Shown piece after piece: positions 1-8,041 of a stretch of DNA of 14,443 bases (positions are counted from its first letter, which is position 1; each line of letters opens with the position of its first letter). The notes under the pieces are model-generated. The model was given only the letters and a program-made list of their open reading frames with translations. It did no database searches and had not been told where the DNA came from. The position numbers and the translations under genes were made by a program. Source of the stretch: Dendronephthya gigantea (Eukaryota); assembly GCF_004324835.1 (NCBI RefSeq), contig NW_021163311.1, positions 138,208 through 152,650 on the forward strand, in the 5' to 3' direction.

Positions 1-248
1 GGCGTGCTCTTTTCGGTGTCTCTTAGTCAAATACTTGTCTAGGGCGCGCGCATTAGTTAGAACTTAATTAAATGAAACCGTTTAATTAATAGCGCGAGCA
101 AACTAATCACGACTAACATGATATTTAAGTGACGCGCAAACGTGTATTCAAGTAATTGCACTGATGAAGGTCCGGGTTAACGGACCGAAAGCTTTGCAGT
201 ATTTAATACTTACGTGGTCCTGTACCTAACAAGTTATTATAATTAATA

Positions 249-478
249 AACTAACTTTATTTATACTGGATAGCTCTATCAGTTCTAAACTGTTCTTCCT
301 AGAGGTCAGTAAGGATCATCTCTTATTTGATCCAGTGTTACTACAGGAGGAAACCTGAACTAAACTAACTTTATTTATGCTGGATAGCTCTATCAGTTCT
401 AAACTGTTCTTCCTAGGGTCTAGTAAGGATCATCTCTTATTGATCCAGTGTTACTACAGGAGGAACCTAAACTATTTA
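249..478 (+). repeat. 114-bp satellite family, cluster 1 (about 2 units), in eIF2gamma intron downstream of exon 12
   Basis: Unit ctaactttatttatactggatagctctatcagttctaaactgttcttcctagaggtccagtaaggatcatctcttattgatccagtgttactacaggaggaaacctaaactaaa; period 114 measured between successive ctaactt. Confidence 0.9.
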
Positions 479-519
479 TCCAGAAACATTTAACATCACA
501 TATTGTATGTTTACTCTAC

Positions 520-633
520 CTTGGCAGCTTTTTTGTCACCCTCTGTTCGAACACCCAGCAACCTCCTCAACAAGAAATAACTGATTTCCAGTTCTGTGTA
601 GATTTCTGGCAACGCATCAGCTGCTCCCAAAAC
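520..633 (-). CDS. EIF2S3: eIF2 gamma exon 12: [38 protein letters not shown]; gene continues beyond window start
   Basis: Acceptor ttattttctttggtaag, donor GTAGAG followed by in-frame TAA; matches human [38 protein letters not shown]; about 85 C-terminal residues of domain III are not found in 1-519. Confidence 0.8.
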
Positions 634-714
634 CTTACCAAAGAAAATAAAATATTTTGTCAAAAGGAATTGAAAGCTGTAAATAATGAAACCTAAATGA
701 AATTCTGTACTTAC

Positions 715-770
715 ATGGCCAACCATTCTGTCAGCTCTGCAGAGAGTTGGGTCAATTTTCGTTCCAACAC
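715..770 (-). CDS. EIF2S3: eIF2 gamma exon 11: (G)[18 protein letters not shown]
   Basis: Acceptor ataaaccag, consensus donor GTAAGT; matches human [19 protein letters not shown]; phase 1 in, 0 out. Confidence 0.85.
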
Positions 771-1080
771 CTGGTTTATAATGAAGATAAATGATTATGA
801 AATGCTGCTTTTTACATGTTTTAAATGCAATGGAAATTTGATCAGATATCCCCCAATGCTCGAGTTGTCTGACACAAAAGGTCTACATGTGTCTTGGGTA
901 AAGTTTGACAGATCTTTCTGCAAAGAGTTGGGTCAATTTTCGTTCCAACAACTAGCTTAAAATGAAGATAAATGGAATATGAAATGCAGTTTTTCACATG
1001 GTTTAAATGGAATGAAAAGTTTGATGAAATATCCCTGATACAAAAGACATGTTTCTTGGGTAAAGTTTGATGGATATTCT
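738..1080. repeat. Tandem duplication (about 180-bp segment, 1.9 copies) spanning start of exon 11 and most of the upstream intron
   Basis: Segment 738-918 realigns with 919-1080 (shared strings agagttgggtcaattttcgttccaaca, aatgaagataaatg, cttgggtaaagtttga). Confidence 0.75.
921..953 (-). pseudogene. Degenerate duplicated copy of the 5' part of eIF2gamma exon 11 ([12 protein letters not shown]) inside the exon10-exon11 intron
   Basis: gcaaagagttgggtcaattttcgttccaaca is repeated from 738-768; the acceptor is changed from ccag|GT to ctag|TT and there is no downstream donor or matching continuation. Confidence 0.6.
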
Positions 1081-1083
1081 TAC

Positions 1084-1228
1084 CAATTAGTCCACCAGGT
1101 ACGGCGTACTGAAGATCATTTTGTTCGGCGAACAACGAAACAATCACAGAACAGATTGGTTCCCAACGCAGTTTTCCTTTCTCATCTTTGGAAACAATGC
1201 CTGGACGTACTTCAATCTCTTGACCAAC
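1084..1228 (-). CDS. EIF2S3: eIF2 gamma exon 10: [48 protein letters not shown](G)
   Basis: Acceptor catttttag, donor GTAAGA; matches human [49 protein letters not shown]. Confidence 0.9.
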
Positions 1229-1463
1229 CTAAAATGTTGAATTAGAAATGAATGAAAAGTATAGACCTGCTTCAAATCAGACCTATTGCATCCTTTAAAG
1301 TTCTGGTAAGAGTAATATTTAGTAGAGCTTTGTAGGTGGAGCTATCAATTGTACGCATTTCCACAACAATGTAAACTTGGAGTAGCTGGGAAGATCTCAA
1401 AGAAGCTGGTTAATTCGACTTGTTTGTTATGGAATGGGGACAGCAAAAAGTGATCAACCATAC

Positions 1464-1558
1464 CTTTAAGACACCTTGGAGAATGCTTCCTCCAGCAACA
1501 CCTCCTTTAAGGTCTTGTACTTCGCATCCAGGCTTATTCACGTCAAAAGAACGGATCA
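1464..1558 (-). CDS. EIF2S3: eIF2 gamma exon 9: (V)[31 protein letters not shown]
   Basis: Acceptor tgatttcag, donor GTATGG; matches human [31 protein letters not shown]. Confidence 0.9.
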
Positions 1559-1698
1559 CTGAAATCAAGCAAGTATTTCAAGGTTTAAATTGTGAATAAT
1601 TCTTCAACCAAAGCAAGATACAGTTTCATTACACCATTCATTCAACTGCAAATGATTCTACAGTATTTGGTTATAGTCATGTTGGTCAGTCATCTCAC

Positions 1699-1833
1699 CA
1701 ATGAGCCTTGGTTGTGATGTGAAGTCTCGTCTTGGGATGGGTATTTTCTTGCAAATATATTCACAGATGACTTCAATGTTGTATTTCAACTGCGCCGAGA
1801 TTGGAACAACTGGAGCTCCTTCAGCAACTGTAC
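1699..1833 (-). CDS. EIF2S3: eIF2 gamma exon 8: (G)[44 protein letters not shown](V)
   Basis: Acceptor ccaaag, donor GTGAGA; matches human [45 protein letters not shown]. Confidence 0.9.
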
Positions 1834-1865
1834 CTTTGGTAAGGATAACACACAAAATTATATTT

Positions 1866-2078
1866 TGTTTCAAACTGTTCTTCTAGAGGTTTAGTGAGGA
1901 TAATCTCTTATTGATCCAGTGTTACTACAGGAGAAAACCTAAACTAAACTAACTTTATTTATACTGGATAACTCTATCAGTTCTAAACTGTTCTTCCTAG
2001 AGGTCCAGTAAGGATCATCTCTTATTGATCCAGTGTTACTGCAGGAGGAAACCTAAACAAACTAACTTTATTTATAAA
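1866..2078 (+). repeat. 114-bp satellite family, cluster 2 (about 1.9 units) filling eIF2gamma intron 7
   Basis: Same unit; intron is 1834-2098, so only 32 bp and 20 bp of unique sequence remain at acceptor and donor sides. Confidence 0.9.
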
Positions 2079-2098
2079 TGTAGGACAAAAGCAAATAC

Positions 2099-2257
2099 CT
2101 TCAACAAATTTCAGAATTTCTTTATACTGGTCCTTTGCTTGACTTTCTCGTACAAGATCAATTTTGTTTTGCAAGATGATAATATGTTCAAGTTTCATGA
2201 TCTCGATTGCTGCCAAATGTTCTGATGTCTGAGGTTGGGGGCACGATTCATTGCCAG
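2099..2257 (-). CDS. EIF2S3: eIF2 gamma exon 7: (A)[52 protein letters not shown](G); G4 NKID
   Basis: Acceptor ttattccag, donor GTATTT; 159 nt; matches human [53 protein letters not shown]. Confidence 0.9.
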
Positions 2258-2302
2258 CTGGAATAAAGATTGAAGAATACAGTTATGTACATGCCATAAA
2301 AC

Positions 2303-3597
2303 TGTCACTTGTCAACTCTCATGCAACTCTTGTTCTGGTTTGATCAAGCAATGATAGTTGATGAAACTCTCATGTAAACTCTCACTTGTCAACTCTCATG
2401 CAACTCTTGTTCTCGTTTGATCAAGCAATGATAGTTGATGAAACTCTCATGTAAACTCTCGCTTGTCAACTCTCATGCAACTCTTTTCTCGTTTGATCAA
2501 GCAATGATAGTTGATGAAACTCCCATGTAAACTCTCGCTTGTCAACTCTCATGCAAGTCTTGTTCTTATTTGATCAAGCAATGATAGTTGATGAAACTCT
2601 CATATAAACTCTCGCTTGTCAACTCTCATGCAACTCTTGTTCTCGTTTGATCAAGCAATGATACTTGATGAAACTCTCATGTAAACTCTCGCTTGTCAAC
2701 TCTCATGCAACTCTTGTTCTCGTTTGATCAAGCAATGATAGTTGATGAAACTCCATGTAAACTCTCGCTTGTCAACTCTCATGCAACTCTTGTTCTCGTT
2801 TGATCAAGCAATGATAGTTGATGAAACTCTCATGTAAACTCTCGCTTGTCAACTCTCATACAACTCTTGTTCTCGTTTGATCAAGCAATGATAGTTGATG
2901 AAACTCCCATGTAAACTCTCGCTTGTCAACTCTCATGCAACTCTTGTTCTCGTTTGATCAAGCAATGATAGTTGATGAAACTCCCATGTAAACTCTCGCT
3001 TGTCAACTCTCATGCAACTCTTGTTCTCGTTTGATCAAGCAATGATAGTTGATGAAACTCCCATGTAAACTCTCGCTTGTCAACTCTCATGCAACTCTTG
3101 TTCTCGTTTGATCAAGCAATGATAGTTGATGAAACTCTCATGTAAACTCTCACTTGTCAACTCTCATGCAACTCTTGTTCTCGTTTGATCAAGCAATGAT
3201 AGTTGATGAAACTCCCATGTAAACTCTCGCTTGTCAACTCTCATGCAACTCTTGTTCTCGTTTGATCAAGCAATGATAGTTGATGAAACTCTCATGTAAA
3301 CTCTCACTTGTCAACTCTCATGCAACTCTTGTTCTCGTTTGATCAAGCAATGATAGTTGATGAAACTCCCATGTAAACTCTCGCTTGTCAACTCTCATGC
3401 AACTCTTGTTCTCGTTTGATCAAGCAATGATAGTTGATGAAACTCTCATGTAAACTCTCGCTTGTCAACTCTCATGCAACTCTTGTTCTCGTTTGATCAA
3501 GCAATAATAGTTGATGAAACTCTCATGTAAACTCTCACTTATCAACTCTCATGCAACTCTTGTTCTCGTTTGATCAAGCAATGATAGTTGATGAAAC
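2303..3597. repeat. 77-bp satellite array, about 17 units, occupying nearly all of eIF2gamma intron 6 (2258-3639)
   Basis: Unit tgatcaagcaatgatagttgatgaaactctcatgtaaactctcgcttgtcaactctcatgcaactcttgttctcgtt; period 76-77 measured at 2341, 2418, 2494, 2571. Confidence 0.95.
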
Positions 3598-3639
3598 ATT
3601 TAACCCTCCCATTTTAACACATTGGAATGGAAATCTCAC

Positions 3640-3734
3640 CAATTAGCAACATTGCGGCGTCCATAACGGCTGCTCCGTTCAACATGGTTGCCATAAGAAT
3701 GTCGTGACCTGGGCAATCCACGAAAGAAACATGT
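3640..3734 (-). CDS. EIF2S3: eIF2 gamma exon 6: (R)[31 protein letters not shown](A); switch II DCPGH
   Basis: Acceptor tttattttgtag, donor GTGAGA; matches human [33 protein letters not shown]. Confidence 0.9.
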
Positions 3735-3840
3735 CTACAAAATAAACAATCATTTCTCTATGAATAGATTTTAGAAAGTGTTCTATCAAGATTTACAACG
3801 CACAAAAATTCATGGTTTGTAAGAGTTTATGTACACAAAC

Positions 3841-3962
3841 CTCACTAACTGCGATTTACCCTGGCAACCTGGTCTTTCACATGGTATGATGTCTTCGCGA
3901 GCGCTTCCTGCTGATCGATAACAGCTGGGCCTCTGACAACTGGGGTTGCTGCATTTGTAGAT
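3841..3962 (-). CDS. EIF2S3: eIF2 gamma exon 5: [40 protein letters not shown](R), Cys-rich zinc-ribbon segment
   Basis: Acceptor tttcttag; only donor giving phase compatibility with next exon is GTTTGT after ...GTGAG (122 nt, phase 2); aligns to human IYKLDDPSCPRPECYRS...GNFKLVR and Drosophila-type CxxxxC...CxxxxC. Confidence 0.7.
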
Positions 3963-4652
3963 CTAAGAAATATTTTTCTTGAAATATGGGGTAGATACTG
4001 TAGGCATTCTATTTTCTGCAATGAACTACATATATTCTTTGAAATATGCTACAGCAATGGGTAGGTAAGGAAAATTATCCAGAGTTTCTGATTTCTTTTG
4101 TCTGTCAGTGAAGAAATATTAAAATTGTATGGCTAATTCCAAGGCTAATTGTCGGTGGAGTAAATAAACTTTTGGGTAAAAATAAATAAGAAATGTTCGG
4201 AATAGAATTATCTTGTGTTAATCAAGGGCAAATCTAAACAAAAATCAGTCTAGTTGAGAGGCCTTGGGTTTGTTGCAAATGCACTAGACTTAAATATTAA
4301 GCTTAGTGGCTCTTGTTTTAGTTGATAGGTTCTTCTAATATTTTAGATCCATACATTCAAGACGAAATGTCAAGTCTATAACTATCAATATATGTAGTGA
4401 TCATTGTACAGTACGTGATTAATTAAAGGTCTGTTCACACAATACAAATTTATCAGATCCAATTCACTTCTGATGGATTTTTTATAATCTGTTGACTTGC
4501 AAAGTATACGGGCAGCAAATCAACTGAAGCCAATGCAGACTGTTTTATCAATAACAAACTATATTCCATACATCAGAAGTGAGTTGGACCCGACAAAGTT
4601 GTACAGTCTGAACAGGCCTTAATTTGTTTAAGTATTTATATAACCATAGTAC

Positions 4653-4718
4653 CTTTGCATTAGCATAGCCAAGCTTGATTGTGATATTTCGTTCAAGTTC
4701 GTTTTTAAATCGGACAGT
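4653..4718 (-). CDS. EIF2S3: eIF2 gamma exon 4: [22 protein letters not shown]
   Basis: Acceptor ttttccag, donor GTACTA; 22/22 identical to human eIF2gamma; phase 0/0. Confidence 0.9.
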
Positions 4719-5107
4719 CTGGAAAATAAACAAGCATATAGCAGGTTGTCGCAAAATTTGATGACAACATAAAATGCTGTTTATAATGTCTGAGATTTAT
4801 ATCTTTCAGAAGTCGCAGTTTTGACGGAAGATGAACTTTGCTACCAAGTTATTATGATAGCTCTCTATTCTAACTCAGGCAAAATGCCATGATAAAACTT
4901 GCTATCAAAGCTGTTTTCTACTTCAACCATATTGTAGCATAACGTAGCGTATTTCTTTGTTTCCGAAGTATTCGACCAGAACTAATGACTTTAAAACAAT
5001 GAGATATCCGAGGTTTTGCTACAATACAGTTGAAGTGGAAGACAATGTAAAACAACGCAAGCTTTGCAATGTCTGAGATTTCTTTCGAACAATCTTATAC
5101 ACAATAC

Positions 5108-5132
5108 CTGAACACCAGATAAAGCTTTTACA

Positions 5133-5169
<37 letters not shown>
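5108..5169 (-). CDS. EIF2S3: eIF2 gamma exon 3: (G)[20 protein letters not shown], G1/P-loop GHVAHGKST
   Basis: Acceptor ctag, donor GTATTG; near-identical to human [20 protein letters not shown]. Confidence 0.9.
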
Positions 5170-5172
<3 letters not shown>

Positions 5173-5349
5173 GAAATTAATGAAATTTACATTATTGAAA
5201 TATATTATTTCCTGCAATTGCATAAGCCTTCAGAGGCAAGATTACATCTTAAACCTGTTCATTGCAAATCCATGAAGACGTACATGGTGTAGAGAGTTGA
5301 AACTAAGTAATCATTTTAACTTTGTCATCATTGGTAGAGCAATACTAAC

Positions 5350-5413
5350 CAATATTTATAGTTGCTTGACGGCTGATTACTTCTGGTGTTAGAGGATTTA
5401 GTTCCTCGATTTT
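5350..5413 (-). CDS. EIF2S3: eIF2 gamma exon 2: KIEELNPLTPEVISRQATINI(G)
   Basis: Acceptor tttatag, donor GTTAGT; peptide matches human KLTPLSHEVISRQATINIG; ends phase 1. Confidence 0.85.
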
Positions 5414-5450
5414 CTATAAAATTTAAAAGACATAACCTTTTCAGCTCAGG

Positions 5451-5610
5451 CATTAGCTTGCAATGCACCCAGATGTGGCCTACTTTAGTATTTTACTCTG
5501 TCTAATGTCAGATGATTTTACTCATCAGTGGAAGAGTACTGTCAGTTAATAAGTTAACAAAACTATCTGTCAGTGTCTCTTGTTAACCCATTAGCTTGCA
5601 ATGCACCCAG
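5451..5610 (+). repeat. 138-bp repeat family, copy A (about 1.15 units) in eIF2gamma intron 1
   Basis: Unit gttaacccattagcttgcaatgcacccagatgtg...actcatcagtggaagagtactgtcagttaataagttaacaaaactatctgtcagtgtctctt. Confidence 0.85.
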
Positions 5611-5926
5611 CAACTGATCTGGTTAACTTGCACACGAATCTTTGCACAAATATTTTACCAAAAACAGCCTGAGATTGCCTTAACTTCTATTTAAATATCT
5701 TACAAATAGTTTAGTTTACAAAGAAGAATCAACCATTCCACAATAATAAGAATTCAAAGCATTATTAGATCTCGAAATAAGACTCATTCCTGAGTCAGAT
5801 CATGCCGTAGAAACCACATAAAAAGCGATAATTTTTGCAGTATAAACTCACTTCATATCTACAAAGGTAAAACTATACATAGGGACCAAGATCTTTGTAG
5901 GACGGGGAAAGGATTGGAATAAAATG

Positions 5927-5980
5927 AATATGCTTACCAATTTTGATAAATCCTGCTTTGATAAGCGAGGCTGGCCTACC
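5927..5980 (-). CDS. EIF2S3: eIF2 gamma exon 1 (start codon at 5978-5980, minus strand): MSTEVGQPRLSKQDLSKL
   Basis: Reverse complement reads ATGAGCACCGAG...AAATTG followed by donor GTAAGC; matches N-terminus of eIF2gamma (human ...GQPHLSRQDLTTL); phase 0. Confidence 0.8.
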
Positions 5981-6119
5981 TCGGTGCTCATGATTGCATC
6001 AACAAGGTTTTGTTGATGAAATAAAAATGAAAATTTTTCTTGCGTAAAAAAGCAAAAAATGAGCGAAATTCTGCTTCGAGCTGATGCAATACACGAGTGA
6101 CGGTCAGTGACCATTGATC

Positions 6120-6478
6120 TCTGTAACTGGAGTGATCACGAGAGATGCACTGAGGGATAAACAACACTGGAGTGATAAAAGAGCACCCACTGAGAGACAA
6201 GTGTAACTGGAGTGATCACAGAAGATACACTGAGAGATAAGTATAACTGGAGTGATCACAGAAGACGCACTGAGAGATAAACATACTGGAGTGATAACAA
6301 AAGACGCCCTGAGAGATAAGCACAACTGGAGTGACTACAGAAGACGCACTGAGAGATAAGTATAACTGGAGTGACTACAGCCAGACGCACTGAGAGATAA
6401 TTATAACTGGAGTGATAAAGAAGACACACTGAGAGATAAAGCATTACTGGAGTGATCAAGTGTAAGCATTACTGAAAA
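6120..6478. repeat. 40-bp minisatellite (about 9 units), 140 bp upstream of the eIF2gamma start codon
   Basis: Unit actggagtgatcacagaagacgcactgagagataagtata; actgg recurs at 6126, 6166, 6206, 6246. Confidence 0.9.
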
Positions 6479-7053
6479 GATACATTACCCACATCTTAAC
6501 GGCTATCTAAGGGGAAGATGCACTACGGCCCCCAGACCATGATGTATGTGCACCTAACCGTTACGTCTCAGTGAGAAACAGAGTATGCATTGCCACAAGC
6601 CTAGCGCGTCATAGACGAATCAGCTACAATGACAAGCCTTGAGAGCGAAGATAAATTTAACGTATTTAAGCTTTCCATTGTGACTCACCAAAAAACTTTC
6701 ATTTTTCCACACGGAATAGTTTTAATGTACACTAATAAGTATATCTACATAAAATCATGGTGCAACTAATTAAAGAGATCTATACATTTACTGAGGACGG
6801 TGATCTTCAATACAAGATGTTGAACTTAAAAGTGTACATATAAGTGCAAAAATAATCAAATTTTATCTTACAACAAACTAATATTTTCATCGCAAGGTTA
6901 AAATCAAAAGTGTGCAGTCTGTGAGGTATATTTTTTCAGTCAATAAAACTATACGAAATTATGTCACGGTTAGGCTAGAATAAACACGGCTAATATCAAG
7001 TCTATAATGAATTAAGACGAGAAGTTGAATATTTTGAAGACGCATTCTTATGG

Positions 7054-7251
7054 TTAAGCAATCAGCACTTCTTTGTCGTCAAAGGCCAGTTTTTCAGGCA
7101 ACGGCTCAGCTTTCATCCACCAAAATTCCTCGTTGCCCTTGCTGATTTCATAAGCTTTCTTGCTCTTGCGACAGCAACACATAGCACAGCACATCATGGA
7201 TGCCAAGACGACAAGGAGCCAAGCCGACAAGAATTGCAACTCGCGCGCCAA
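7054..7251 (-). CDS. Orphan coding exon / small ORF encoding a TM helix plus palmitoylation-like Cys cluster and basic tail (LARELQFLSAWLLVVLASMMCCAMCCCRKSKKAYEISKGNEEFWWMKAEPLPEKLAFDDKEVLIA*)
   Basis: 66-codon open frame ending TAA at 7054-7056. It begins with TTG, not ATG, so it is not a complete gene. A ttgttccag acceptor lies at 7252-7260. I found no upstream ATG exon in 7260-7440. Confidence 0.25.
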   Translation of the reverse strand: MARELQFLSAWLLVVLASMMCCAMCCCRKSKKAYEISKGNEEFWWMKAEPLPEKLAFDDKEVLIA

Positions 7252-7297
7252 ACTGGAACAAAGGCTTTTGCCGTGGTGATGTTTCTAGATAATGTAG

Positions 7298-7366
7298 ATA
7301 TTTATTACATATATTTTTACATATTATATTTATTACATATTAAATTTATTACATATTATATTTAAG
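7298..7366. repeat. AT-rich microsatellite, about 16-bp unit (atttattacatattat)
   Basis: tttattacatat recurs 4 times. Confidence 0.8.
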
Positions 7367-7455
7367 GGTAGATATTTACTACAACCTGAGGCGGTTCGAG
7401 GTTTAAATAACAAAGAGGAATTTCATTTTAAACTAATCGGTGACATTTTTGAGGG

Positions 7456-7578
7456 AAAGCCAATCAGAATGCGTACATTTTAATTACTTCATGTAAAATG
7501 GTACATATTGTACTTTTTATCAAAATTTATGCATTCTGATTGGCTTACTGAAAATGTAAACAAACTTGCTGATTGGCT
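7456..7578. promoter_or_regulatory. Cluster of three CCAAT/ATTGG boxes, two forming a perfect 16-bp inverted repeat (aagccaatcagaatgc ... gcattctgattggctt)
   Basis: CCAAT at 7459-7463; ATTGG at 7537-7541 and 7572-7576; arms 7456-7471 and 7530-7545 are exact reverse complements. Confidence 0.45.
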
Positions 7579-7810
7579 AAAACGAAATTCTAAATAAATC
7601 GATTGAAATCGTCTGAAAAACCACGAAAAAAATCGATTTTTTAAAGTTTTTTTTTAAGTCCTGGCAAAATATTGCTGTAAGAATAAACTTCACGCATACG
7701 AATTCAAAAGTTTACTCTAGAAAGCAATCGTATTTTGGTATAATACTAATCCTAATATTCACAAAAAGCATTTTCTTAAAAATAAACCGTACAAATTCTC
7801 CGCTATTAAA

Positions 7811-8001
7811 CATGAGCCCGGTTACCGAGATTTAAAGAAGCGTTAAATTGACTTTGAGTTTTTGAAATGAGTAAATAACATGATCCTGGTAGTCGTGAAG
7901 TCATTCTAACAATAGCATGCAATGTTTCTGTTTCAAAAGACTTTTCTCAATACTTAAAATTCCGTTTTACGCTTCGTTAAATCTCCGTAACCTGGCTCAT
8001 G
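7811..8001. mobile_element. Foldback / MITE-like element with about 36-bp imperfect inverted arms
   Basis: catgagcccggttaccgagatttaaagaagcgttaa (7811-7846) against ttacgcttcgttaaatctccgtaacctggctcatg (7967-8001), about 85 percent complementary. Confidence 0.5.
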
Positions 8002-8041
8002 CGAAGAACGTTTAAAATAAGAATTTGTTTACTTTCTCAGG

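Noticed and set aside
213-224. 12-nt micro-exon GTACAGGACCAC (VQDH) with ttgttag acceptor and GTAAGT donor, as a continuation of eIF2gamma after exon 12
   Set aside because: Only two residues (VQ) would match the expected VQKLSK. A 12-nt exon with no further matching exons downstream is most likely chance. The real 3' exons probably lie outside the window.
2303-3597. CRISPR-like array (regular about 77-bp periodicity)
   Set aside because: The units are directly contiguous and near-identical over their whole length, with no unique spacers. The context is a eukaryotic intron. It is a satellite, not a CRISPR array.
5848-6459. Minus-strand ORFs 5848-6114, 5988-6200, 6104-6325, 6256-6459
   Set aside because: These are frames read through the 40-bp minisatellite and the eIF2gamma 5' region. 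They are repetitive low-complexity translations (ITPV..LSLSAS..). Only 5927-5980 is coding (eIF2gamma exon 1).
7054-7251. ORF-track call of a complete 65-aa gene starting with M at 7251
   Set aside because: The codon at 7249-7251 is TTG (a bacterial-style alternative start used by the ORF finder). A eukaryotic gene would need an ATG, so at best this is an internal or terminal exon.
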